Assembly: GCA_951406725.2 (NCBI GenBank)
Contig: OX597814.1
Span: 109,244,001-109,308,000 of the forward strand
Origin: Octopus vulgaris
Lineage: Eukaryota
DNA length: 64,000 nt
Direction: 5' to 3'
The position numbers and the translations under genes are program-made. Position 1 is the first letter of the stretch. Each line of letters begins with the position of its first letter. The notes under the pieces were generated by a model. It was not told the origin of the DNA. It saw nothing but the letters and a program-made list of their open reading frames with translations, and searched no databases. Below are positions 52,031 through 64,000 of this stretch, piece after piece.

Positions 52031-53713
52031 CAATCAAATTTCAGCTGCAATACACTTTGTTTGAATTAATGAAGTTAATTAATGAAATAACGAATTTAGT
52101 AAAATAACTTAGTCACTAATAAGCTGGTGTTGAGAACATAAACTTATGAAATTTTGATAGCAGGTTTTAATTTAGATCACTTTATGCCTTTTGTTACCAT
52201 ATTTCTGTTGAAATACGCCTTTTTGTTTCAATCAATCATCATCAGCAGCAGCATCGTTTAACGTCTGCTTTCCATCCTGGCATAGGTTGGATGATTTTGA
52301 CTGAGGGCTGGCGAACCAGATGGCTGCACTAGGCTCCAATCTTGATTTGGCAGAGTTTCTACAGCTGGATGCCCTTCCTAACACCAACCACTCCGAGAGT
52401 GTAGTGGGTGCTTTTTACGTGCCACCGGCACAGGGCCAGTCAGGCGGTACTGGCAATAACTTCACTCGAATATTTTAACACATGACACCGGCACAGGTGC
52501 CAGTAAGGCGATGTTGGTAACGATCATGCTCGAATGGTGCCCTTTTATGTGCTGCCGGCACGGAGCCAGTTGGCTGCTCTGGCAATGATCATGCTTGGAT
52601 GGTGCTCTTGGCACCCTACTAGTACGGGCACAAGTGCCAGTAAGGCGATGCTGGTAATGATCACACTCGAATGGTGCCCTTTTATGTGCCACTGGCACAG
52701 AAGCTGGTTAGCCACTCTGTCAATGATCACCCTTGTATGGTGCTCTTTGCACCCCGCTATCACAGAAAATAATGAAGAATTAAGTAAAATTACTTTGGTG
52801 TTAAGTTGGTGCTTGGAGCAAACATCAAGATGAAATTTTAAAGAAAGGTTTCAACACAAATCACTTTTAACAGAAAGTTTGTGTCAAAGAGCCAAGATTG
52901 CTTTATTCAACGTAACTTTTCTTTACGAAGACTGTTGGATATAATTTGAGTGATATTTGGCTGCTATTTCTAGGAATAGGTTGAACAATAAAGTAATGAC
53001 TCCTCCATTGGCAGTTCTGCATAAGAGACTGATAGGATAAGTACTAGGCTTACAAAGAATAAGTCCTGGGGTCAATTTGTTTCACTAAAGGTGGTTTTCC
53101 AGCATGGCCACAGTCAAATGACTGAAACAAGAATAAAAGAATAAACTCTCTACCTTTAATAAAGTCGCTGTCACTATCGACCACATAGAAGCCATTTCTT
53201 TCTTTTTTCCTTTTCCATTCCATTTGCCAGTTTTAACCAGACACAGCCAACTGGTCAACATGTTTGCTTGACAACTATGCAGTTCCAGGATCGATCCTAC
53301 GGCATGGCATCCTGGTCGAGTGTCATTTACTATGGTGTTAGGTTAAGCAAAATCTTCTAAATAAGTCTTGATCAATGGAAACTGTATGGAAGCCGGTCAG
53401 ATAGACCATATCAGTAATACCAAGGTTTTACCTTGTCACCTGACAAGTACATTATGAGTACATAGGTCTGTGGAACACTCAGCCACATACTTTTTCATTC
53501 AATGAGTTAACTGGCCAAAACTTACTTTCTCAGACACAGGTAAAAAAAAAAAAGAATTTAAGACTTTAAATTATAGCAAAACTGCAAGATAACTGTTGTA
53601 TTTCGGAATGGTCATTTTGCCAGTTTAGCCAATAAAAACACATGCACTATATATTTGGTGTTAATTTGCTTCAGCGGTATTTATTTTTTACATTAATCTT
53701 AATCTTATTTCGG

Positions 53714-53753
53714 CCAGAGTTCTTTCGTCACACTCCTGTGACCTCATCAGTGG
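53714..53753 (-). ncRNA. Minimal type I hammerhead motif
   Basis: Minus strand: CCA-CTGATGA-g-GTCAC aggagt GTGAC-GAAA-GAAC-TC-TGG. Confidence 0.6.
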
Positions 53754-55113
53754 TCCTTTGCTTTCTTCTTTCTTATTTGTGCGTCTCTCTTTACTAACGG
53801 TCAGCCATTTTGTATTCCTATTGTATGTGTCTTCATTTGCACATGCGTATACCTCTATGTGTGTCTATGTTTAGTTAGTGTGTGTGTGGGGGGAAGTGTC
53901 TGTAATATTTGCATCTCCTGTTTATACACGTTCGTGTAATTTGTTTTTGTTTATTTTTATTTTGTTCAAGTGTTTACACCTACTTATTATTATTTCTTTT
54001 TGGTCGTATTTAGTTAAATTTTTTTTTAATGTATATAGTTATTTACTTCCATTTATTTATTTATCTGTGTATCTTATTATCTTTTTAGTTTTGTTTATAT
54101 TGTTACCAGATAATTGTTTTAATTTAATTTCAATAATAATAAGATTTTTTAATGAACTTTTTGCCAATTGAAATTGCAAGACAAAACTATGTTGTTCTTC
54201 AAGACATTTCAATTCTATAAAAGAAAATATTTAATTCCAAAATGCAAAATTCAATTCTATAAAATATTCTAATCTTTTAAAACAACAATCCTTTCTTATC
54301 AACATCATCTTTATTTAACATCCATATTCCATGCTGGTACGGGTTGGCTAATTGGACAGGATCTGTTAACAGACCCACAGACTTCATGATGCACCAATGT
54401 CTATTAGAGCATGGTTTCTAAGGCTGTATATCTTTCTTAATGCCAACCACTTTACAGTATGTACAGGGTGCTTTTTTGCCATGGCATCAGCATTAGTGAG
54501 GTTACCATAAAGTTTGCAAGACTGTGAACCCTTTCAACTGAGAGATTGGAAGTGGCTTTATATGGCGCAGGCTCCTGCCTGGCCAGCTCTTATCAAACCA
54601 TCCAACCCATGCCAGCATGGAAGGAGGACGTTAAACAATGATGATGATGATCAGGGATTAAAATATGAGAGAAAAGGGCCAGAACAGAATAGGTCGCTTG
54701 CGATAGAGGAGCCACAGTATCAAAAGAAACGGTTAGGGGGGGGGGGAAGTTGGGAGGAACTTGAAAGAGATAAAAGCAGTGGTGGTGAGGTGTCAGGGTA
54801 GATCCTCAATGTAAGTGGGGAGTAGAAGTGGGGAGGAAGAAGGATTGGGAGAGTGGGTGGGTAGTGATTGCAAGAGTGTACTGGAGAGTGGGAGATGAAG
54901 GGATGAGAAGGGGGTGTAATATAATGAATGAAGAACAAATGTTGAAGTGGCGGGGGATGTACATCTGGACAGAAGATGGGGCAGGTAATCAATGATGTAT
55001 AGGAGTGAAGCGGAGCAGAATGGTATTGATGGTACAGAGGAAAGATGAGAGAGAGAGAGAAAGAACATTTTAATTATGCAAAACTTTAATTATATGAACT
55101 CATCAATATTTAC

Positions 55114-55265
55114 TTGGCTGTCTTCCTCGGGCTCTTTGACAAGTTTAGGATTTCTTGGTGCCATAGCTTTTGAGACATACTGAGGGCACAAAACATCATT
55201 ATCAATAACACTTATCATTTTCCTTTTTTTGCAATTCACGTGATATTTTAAATTATCTGAAACAG
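55114..55265 (-). CDS. HYDIN: HYDIN exon 2 (..QYVSKAMAPRNPKLVKEPEEDSQ)
   Basis: ttttcag acceptor, gtaaat donor; resembles the HYDIN SKVLPPLSPKVV region. Confidence 0.8.
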
Positions 55266-55404
55266 CTGAAAAATGCAAGAAAATAATATAAGTCAAATTA
55301 CAACTTTAACCCCATCACAACAGTTTTTCATCAGGCAACCAGGTTGCACTGATGATAATCATCTCAGCCAAGATGAACATTTAATGCACATCAACAGTTT
55401 GGCA

Positions 55405-55740
55405 TCTCTATATATATAAACAGCAAAATGTCTGTCTGTGTGTGTGTCCTTTATATAAATCTACAATTTTTCAGTTAGAGGGCTCGCACTTTCTATGGTC
55501 ATTCAAAACCATCCAAGGGTGGTCGTGCACATCTTTACATTTCCCCAGTCACCCTGCAAAGCCATTAAGAAATCAATAGAAGTGACTTTTTTGTGAATTT
55601 TCTATCCAAATGCCCGAAACTTGATACGCCAATTGAATGCCAGCTAGATGTATGTGATTGGTCGGAGATTTGGACAGTACTCACGTGTATGTGTGCACGC
55701 ACGCAGCTGTATATGCATGCACTAGCACTATGACCCGGGG
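55405..55740 (+). mobile_element. Helitron-like 5' fragment
   Basis: A|TCTCTATATATATAAA..TGTCTGTCTG start like the 35450 copy; 3' end not seen. Confidence 0.45.
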
Positions 55741-55744
55741 GGCC

Positions 55745-57780
55745 ATTTGCATGACACTGGTATCTGCCATGACTATGGTTTTACTTGGCTTGATGGGTCT
55801 TCTTCTCAAGCACAACATAATGGCAAACGTCTCGGTCATTCATCATTGCCTCCATGAGACTCAACACTTGAAAGGTGCTTTTCACATGCCACTGGCATCG
55901 GCCACCTTGCCTCTGTAAGGCCCAACACTTGATAGGTACTCTTTATGAGCCACCGGCATGAGTGCCAGTTATGTGACATCAGCATTGGCCATAACTATGA
56001 TTTCACTTGGCTTGACAGGTCTTCTCAAGCACAGCATATCGCCAAAGGTCTGTCACAAATCATTGCCTCTATGAGGCCCAAATTCGAAGATCATACTTCA
56101 CCACCTCGTCCCAGGTCTTCTTTCGGTCTACATCTACCACAGATTCTTCCCTCCACAGTTAGAGATTGGCACTTCTTTACATAGCTGTCCTCATCTATAT
56201 GCATCACATGACCATACCAGCACAGTCATCTCTCTTGCACACCACATCTGATGCCTCTTAAGTCCAACTTTTCTCTCAAGATGCTTACACATCCAGTGAA
56301 CCATACTGGCTTCATTTCTTTCAAACCTATGCATGACCCCGGCTGTCACAACCTATGTTTCACTGTTGTGTAACATAGCTGTTTACACACAAGCATCATA
56401 CAATTTGCCTTTCACTCTGAGGGAGAGGCCCTTTGCTTCTAGCAGAGGTAGGAGCTCTCTGAACTTAGCCTGGCCAATTCTTATTTTCACAGCCATGCTC
56501 TTGGAGCATCCACCTCCACTACTAACTTCGTCACCTAGATAACAGAAGCTACTACTTCTAGCTTACCCCATTGGCAGTTGATGGAGTCTATTTTCAGCAC
56601 ATCTTCAGTGTTAATTGTCCCTGCGCATTTTCCACACACAAAAGCTATTTTCCCTGTTAACCTTCCTCTGATATTGCTGTACCTCTTATGTGCCTATAGC
56701 CTACACCGGGTACATCTTATGGAGTTTCTACCTATGCCTTTTCTACAGATCAAGCAGGGTCACCTACCTGAAAGGATTTGTGATTTGTCTGCCTTCCTGC
56801 TTACTAAGACTTTGAATTTTGCTAGGTTAACTCTAAGGCCCTTCGATTCTAGACCTTGCTTCAATACCTGAAACTTATTCTCTAGTTCTGGAAGTGATTC
56901 AGCTATTAGAACAAGGTTATCAGCATAGAGAAACTCCCAGGGGCTGCCTGTCTAAAATTCCTCTGTTATTGCCTGGAGGACTATGATGAACAGGGCACAA
57001 AACCAAACTGCATCTCATCTCAACTAACTCACTCCCTAATTAGTTGGGCTATGATGCTCTCCGTAACTTTCATCACCTGGTCCAACAATTTGATACCTCT
57101 GTAATTATTTCTAAGGCATTGCCTTTACCTTTGTAGCAGTTGACTATGGTGCTGCTACACCAGTCATTGGGTATACCTCCATCGTGAACCACCTGATTTA
57201 CAATATGGGTGACCTTAACCCACACCACCCAATATTTTAAGCATCTTAGCAGTGATTCCTGATGGGCCAGGTGCTTTCCCTGTCTTCATATCCTTAATTG
57301 TTTTATCTACCAGGTACTGTCAATTCAGGTAGCTGGTCCTTCAACTGAGTCAACATTTGGCAGACTCTCCTCCTCCCATTCATTTGCCACGTTCAGCAGT
57401 CTTTCATAATGGCATCTCCAAGCCTTTTTCTTTGCAGAATCATTAAACACAAGGGCACCATCATCCATGCAGACAAATTTCTCTCCTGTGACATCACAAT
57501 TTTCTGTCACACACCGTCTTGCAATCTGAAATACTTCAGTTCTTTGGTCCCCCCTCCCCGCGTCGCTGAACATTGGCAAAATTCTTCTTTTCTGCTTCTT
57601 CCATGGTTATATATATCTTTCTCCCAACTTCTATTCTGGCTATCTGGTACAGTTCCATACTACCTCCACCCCTCCAGGCCTGCGTCTTTGCTCTAAAGGC
57701 CTTGTCTACAGCATCATTCCACCACGTCACCCTAGCTGTGAATGGGACTTCGCAAGTTTCCTGTCTTCACTGGCAACTTG
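55745..57780 (-). mobile_element. Decayed RTE LINE (ORF remnants and 3'UTR)
   Basis: TWWNDAVDKA, AWRCHYERLLN, GKAPGPSG and LYADNL-like remnants. Confidence 0.85.
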
Positions 57781-58576
57781 CCTTGTAGAGGTAACTGGTG
57801 AGGCTCAGCTTTGCCATTACCCGTGGCAACGCTGCAAGCATGCTGGCAGGTCTCCATTGCCATTAGAAAGGTTTCCCAGCGCCCCACCTTTTCAACCGAA
57901 AATGGTGAAGTGGTTGTTGCTTTTTTTTTTGTTTTTTTCCCTTTATCTCTTTCTTATTTCTCTTTTTTTTCTTTTTAAATTTTTTCAATTGTGTTCTGTT
58001 TTGTCCAGTTTTCTAATTTAATTTTGTAAAACGGTAAACACTGTGAAGGCAATAAAAATTTTAATTCTGGTGGTTGAAAAAATAAACGAGAATGTGCATT
58101 TATATATGATGCATAAATACCAGGGGAAAATCTCCGTCGTATCACATGTAATACACAGGACAGGCAAAACGCTAATATCACGCTGCAATTCTTCAGAGTT
58201 TGCGAGGCATTCCCCATTTGTCCCTATTTTAACTCTGAAAAGGTAAACTTACATACATATACGCACATAAACGTATATGTTTGTGTACACACACACAATA
58301 GCTGTTTGGTATCATGTATCATCATTTTGAAATATATTTCCCAAACTTTTTTGCCAATTTAAACTTCATAAATTAAGCTGAATTTATGAAGTTTTAAGAA
58401 CTAAACTCTCCCCTCCCCCTTCTTTTAAGACCAATTAAATAGAATTAATTGGAGACAAGAATAGTTGTTAAAAAAAATAATGTTAAAACAATAATTTCAA
58501 CATACATAAATGATAACAAACAAAACTGACAACGAAAATTCCAAAGAGGAAATAAAAAAATCAGAGAAAGACTTAC

Positions 58577-58625
58577 CTGACATGGAATACTCCGTCTTCC
58601 AGCGACATAAGTTTTTGGTTGTCAT
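58577..58625 (-). CDS. HYDIN: HYDIN putative exon 1 (MTTKNLCRWKTEYSMS)
   Basis: Strong donor CAG|GTAAGT at 58576. The 49 nt from this ATG give phase 1, matching exon 2. No homology support; may be partly 5'UTR. Confidence 0.5.
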
Positions 58626-58632
58626 GAGTAAC
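58618..58632. promoter_or_regulatory. RFX X-box GTTGTC-ATG-AGTAAC
   Basis: Fits GTNRYC-N1-3-RGYAAC at the 5' end of a motile-cilia gene. Confidence 0.6.
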
Positions 58633-58832
58633 ACAGGGATGATGGGAACCTGAGGGTGGTTTCAGTGATTATCGACTTATTCCAGTCGTTCGTTGACTCG
58701 TTTGTTAATTTACCTTAAACCTATTGTAATTTCTCGGGGTATATTTATAACACAATATCGTTATTGTATAATATAATTATTATGTATTAAATGTGTGTGA
58801 GTGTGTATATATGAGTGTGTGTGTGTATATGT

Positions 58833-58883
<51 letters not shown>

Positions 58884-61339
58884 AGTATGTGTGTGCGCAT
58901 GTGTGTGTGTGTGAGGGTGGGGTGTATAAGCAGAAAAACAAATTTCACATACAGTTCATGCTACAATGACCAGCTATAAACTGAGGTATTACCGTTATCT
59001 TTCACTTTTCTCTCCCTCCCTCATACATATAATGTATGGAGGGACGGGTGGATGTATGGATAGATACGGAAATGGATATATGTGTACTAGTTGGGCATTG
59101 GTTTTATGCTAGTTGCAGTCTCTACGGTTAGATTACATAAGCGACCAAACAAGCTCCATGGTAACGAGGAACGCTTTAAGAGTCGCGCCAGCAAGATCGG
59201 AATTACGTATGTAACACGTGTGTATATAGGATATAGGAATAATACAAAACCGCATTAAAACACAAATCCTAAACAATAGACGTAAGTCTTCCGTAATATA
59301 AGTTTTTTTTACAAAGGAAAAGAAAAATAGAAATTGTTGTCAAAATGTTGTGTAGCCCTAGGCCAGTCCTGAATGACCAGACATACGTTTAATCATTAAA
59401 CGTGTTCGTTCCATCTTTTTGTATACGAAGGACTACACTATCCAAAGTTCTTTCTTTTTAAAAAAAAATAAGACAGTGGACTGTGATTAGAAGAAATGAG
59501 GCTGCTATTTCTAGCTGATCGAGCGACAGGCGAACTGACAGAATCGTTAGCACTCCGGGCAAAATGTCAAGCAGCATTTCGTCCGTTTTACATTGAGTTT
59601 GAATGCCACCGGGGTCGACTTTGTCTTTCATTTTTTCGGGCTCGATAAAATAATTAGCAGTTGAGTACTGGGGTCGATGTAAACTACTAACCCCCTTCCG
59701 CAGACTTGCAAGCCATGGGCCCAAATTTGTAACCGATATTATATAGAAGAGAGTGAGCTGGCATGATTGTTACTACGCTGGATACTCGATGTCAGTGAAC
59801 GTTCTACACCAATGGAATATTCACTCCAAAGCAAGGATTGGGGATTTCTTGAACAGAGAATCGAATAAACGAACAAGCAAATAACGTCATTTTTCACTTA
59901 ATGACGTCTTTGAAAATGAAACTGCCTTGAAATTAACAGGCTAACATCTCGTGATTTATTTCAAATATATACATTTATACGTTACACATTAACTGAAAAT
60001 TTTGATAATTTAATAATTACATATACAACACGTAGGTATATAACCACATGGTTCCGGGTTCAGTCCCACTGCGTGGCAGCTTGGGCAAGTGTCTACTATA
60101 ACCTCGGGCCGACCAAATCCTTGTGAGTTGATTTGGTAGACGGAAACTGAAAGAAGCCCGTTGTATATATGTATGTATATATACATATATATATGTATAT
60201 ATACTCTCTCTTTTACTGGTTTCAGTCATGTGACTTGCCATGCTGGAGCACCACCTTTAGTCGAGCAAATCGACCACTGAGCATATTCCTTGTAAGCCTA
60301 ATACTTATTCTATCGGCCTCTTTTGCCGAACCACTAAGTTACGGGGACATAAGCACACCAGCATCGGTTGTCAAGCGATGTTGGGGGGACAAACAGACAC
60401 ACAAACATATACACACATACATCATCATCATCATCATCGTTTAACGTCCGCTTTCCATGCTATCATAGGTTGGACGATTTGACTGAGGACTGGCGAACCA
60501 GAAGGCTGCACCAGGCTCCAGTCTGATCTGGCAGAGTTTCTACAGATTGATGCCCTTCCTGACACCAACCACTCCGAGATTGTAGTGGGTGTTTTTACGA
60601 TGGCCAGTCAGGCAATACTGGCAACAGCCATGCTCAAGTGGTGTTTTTTACGTGCCACCTGCACAGGAGCCAGTCCAGCAGCACTGGCAACAATCTCGCT
60701 CACGACAGGCTTTTTCCAGTTTCCGTCTACCAAATCCACTCACAAGGCTTTGGTCAGTCCAAGGCTATAGTAGAAGACACCTGCCCAAGGTGCCACACAG
60801 TCGGACTGAACCTAGGACCATGTGGTTGGTAAGCAAGCTACTTACCACACAGCTACTCCTTGCACCTATATATATATATATAATACAAGACCACATTAAA
60901 ATACAAATTCAAAACCAAAGAAAACACATGTATGAGCAAAAAATGATGAAATTTATTAGAATGAAGCAAATATTCTTTTCTACTTTAGGTACAAGGCCTG
61001 AAATTTTAGGGGAAGGGGGCCAATCGATTAGATCGAACACAGTACGTAACTGCTACTTAATTTATCGACCCTGAAAGGATGAAAGGCAAAGATGACCTCG
61101 ACAGAATTTGACTCAGTTGTTGATATTTGAGATGGAGTAATACCATCTCAATCACAGATTTTTTAATTAATTTTTTTTAACTAAACGGTTAGAGACTTCG
61201 AATACTGGTAGAATTTCTCATGTAAAACAGTTTACTCTGAACATTTTTGACAAAATTTCGTATTTTAGAAGTTATTTCGTGTTAAAGTTGTCATATTTGG
61301 GTAATTACAACCAACCAATGACGTGTATTTAACTGAAGA

Positions 61340-62110
61340 AATTTTTCCAGGAAATCCTTCCTCCCTTTCATCTACCCGTCCTTGGAATTTTCCAGGAAGT
61401 CCCCATCCCCACTCCTGGAACTTTTCCACAAAGTCCTCCCTGGAGTTTACCAGGAAGTCCCTCCACCGCGTCATCTCCCATCTTTGGAATTTTCCAGAAA
61501 GTCCCCATCACTTGAACTTTTCCAGGAAGTCCCCATCACCCCTCCTTGGATTTTTCCAGGAAGTCTTTCATCTCCCCTACTCGGATTTTCCAGGATGTCA
61601 TTCCTCCCTTTCCACCCACATCTCCCCTCCTTGGAATTTTCCCTTTCCAGGAAGTCTCTATTCCCTTACTCGGATTTCTCTATGAAGTCCTTCCTCTGCT
61701 CATCTCCCTTCCTTGGAATTTTCCAGCAAGTCCTTCCTCCCCTCGTCTCCCCTCTTTGGAAATTTACAAGAAGTCCCCATCCCTGTCCTCGGACTTTTCC
61801 AGAAAGACCCCATCCCCAACCTTGGATTTTTCTAGGAAGTTACCATGGCCCTCATCGGACTTTTCCAAGAAGTCCACATCCCCCTCCTCGGATTTTCCAG
61901 GAAGTCCTTTCTCCCTTTCATCTCTCCCTATCCCCGCACTCAGATTTTTCCAGGTGTTCCCATCCTCGGATTTTTCCAGGAAGCTCTACCTCCTTGGAAT
62001 ATTCCAGGAAGTCCCCTCCTTGGATTTTTCCAATAAGTCCTTCATCCATGGAATTTTTCAAGAAGTTCTGATCCCCCTTCATTGACTTTTCCAGAAAACC
62101 CCTCTCCTCA
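61340..62110. repeat. Degenerate ~30-bp minisatellite (CCTCGGATTTTCCAGGAAGTCCCC)
   Basis: Recurring TTTTCCAGGAAGTCC core with variable pyrimidine spacers. Confidence 0.8.
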
Positions 62111-64000
62111 GATGTTTCTGTTCTCATCCTCTTCCTCAGAGGCAGAATGAATGAGTGTGCAGATGAATGCTGAATGTGCCAGAAACTGAGGCAGTGAGCA
62201 TGCAAAGGTGTATACATGAGTGCGAGAGAAAGTCCTGCAGCTGTGGGAATAAGCTGAGGCAAGTGGATGTGTGCATTCTTTATCCATGATATCAGCAAAA
62301 GTTGTCTTGCAGGATTGCATTTTGTGGGAAAATGCCTTGAAAAAAAATAGGAAGTGAATTGTGTCAGGTGTTGTTGTTGTGAGCATTTGCTAACCTTAGC
62401 CAGAATAATGACAGTGTGGCATGCTGGCGCATTGCAATGGACAGACAATTTTCTCTATTAACTTTGTGACCAACCAGGCATGGCTGTGTGGTAAGTAGCA
62501 TGCATGCTTACCAACTACATGGTCCTGGGTTTAGTCTCACTGTGTGGCACCTTGGGCAAATGTCTTCTACTATAGCATTAGGCCGACCGAAGCCTTATGA
62601 GTGGATTTGGTAGGCAGAAACTGAAAGAAGCTCGTCGTATATATATACATATATGTATATGTTTGTGTGTTTATGTTTGTCCCCCAACATCGCTTGACAA
62701 CCGATGCTGGTGTGTTTATTGCCCCATAACTTAGCAGTTTAGCAAAAGAGACTGATAGAATAAGTACTAGGCATACAAAGAATAAATCCTGGTGTCGATT
62801 TGTTCAACTAAAGGCAGTGCTCCAACATGGCCACAGTCAAATGACTGAAACAAATAAAAGAATAAAGAAAAACCTGGGGTCAAACAGGAACAAGTTGTTT
62901 CAGGCAAGAGCGCAAAGAGCCTGAGTCAACATCCGACATACACAGAGTCGGGAAAAAGAGCTGAGTGGGCACAGACATGATGTGAACAGTTCTAAAGGCA
63001 TAACATTATGGTGCATGTGTAGAACTGGGTATGTGCCAAGAGAGAAATTGCAGACATTCAAAAGAACTTGTAGCAGAAACCATGCAATTAAAACAGGTGA
63101 GCAATGCGTGTGCATGAAATGTGAAATGCTAATGGCCAACAAGAAAAAATATAAAAATATAGAACATTCAAAAACATATGCATATGTAGCGGCACAAGCA
63201 GTCAGTGCCATATTGGATGAGATCTCGTGGCAGCCATTGCCATTTCTGAGACTGGAGCAAGACCTCACCTGCATCCATTTGCCATGCGTGAGATCACAAT
63301 CAGGCTCGCAATTGGCAAACTGTATATAAGGGCAAAACAGAAACAGATTCATTCCTTTTCTCTCCGCTTCTACGCAGCAGCGCTTGCTGAGCACACTTCA
63401 CTGGCTGGGCCTGTCTGCATGTTGTAACTCCAGAAGCAATGTGCCCACACTAATGGAGATACAACACCACCCACACAGCTTGAGATGGTTGCTGAGAGCC
63501 ACGTACTTCACCTGTTCTGTGAAACTTGTAAATAAACCAGTTGTAAATTGCATTTGTACTTAAAGACTTCTTTCTTCGCCTGCTGGAGCCTGAACTACAC
63601 GAAGAACAAGATATAATGGGAGAAGGTGATATCCTCCCAATATCATAAACCTTGCCTTCCATTATACATATGAATCCAGTTGTTTTAGTGAAGCGAGTCA
63701 TCACAGAATTGAGTGTTACGTGTAAAAAAATGAAGGTGTGCAGCGCAAACAAAACAGAATGAAATAAGCGAAAATGACAAACTTGGCTAGAAAGTTCCCT
63801 GGTCCTGAAAAACTAAAAAGTAGCATTTGAAATGCAAAAATAGGTGCATGCAAAGAAAGTTCAAATCTATGGCTGTCGAAAAAGTTGCCTGTGTGGGCTT
63901 CCATAGAGTTATCCGATTAATTCTTGGTTGGATAACTGTTTGAAATGCTGAATTTACTTATGTCAGTGGTTTCTGTGGTGGATCTGTGCATCGGATTGCA

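Noticed and set aside
57830-58250. Antisense first exon of a divergent + strand gene (AAG|GTAAAC at ~58243)
   Set aside because: Only a donor-like site and an X-box-like motif; no downstream exon or ORF support in the window.
61382-62085. 229-aa and 179-aa ORFs
   Set aside because: Overlapping open frames produced by a stop-poor minisatellite; low complexity.
63450-63752. Cytochrome b5-like motif GFICIMEGKVYDI
   Set aside because: Short match only; no HPGG motif or supported splice sites.

Overview
AT-rich, repeat-dense animal genomic DNA. The SINE and RTE repeat families resemble those I recall from octopus (inference). The window holds the 5' part of one large minus-strand gene, HYDIN (axonemal central-pair protein). 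I traced 21 GT-AG exons from about 58625 down to 1208. They join in phase into about 1123 codons colinear with the N-terminus of vertebrate HYDIN as I recall it, and the gene continues past position 1. A near-consensus RFX X-box lies at the putative first exon. The introns are filled with tRNA-derived SINEs, RTE, CR1 and RLE-type LINE fragments, mariner and DD41D transposons, non-autonomous Helitrons, MITEs, minisatellites and microsatellites. The most striking unexplained layer is more than a dozen minimal type I hammerhead-ribozyme motifs from several unrelated sequence families. Several sit in long fold-back inverted repeats like Penelope pseudo-LTRs. One is a head-to-head element joining a tRNA-like Pol III head to a hammerhead tail, a candidate Penelope-mobilised ribozyme SINE. 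All ribozyme calls were folded by eye and are untested.
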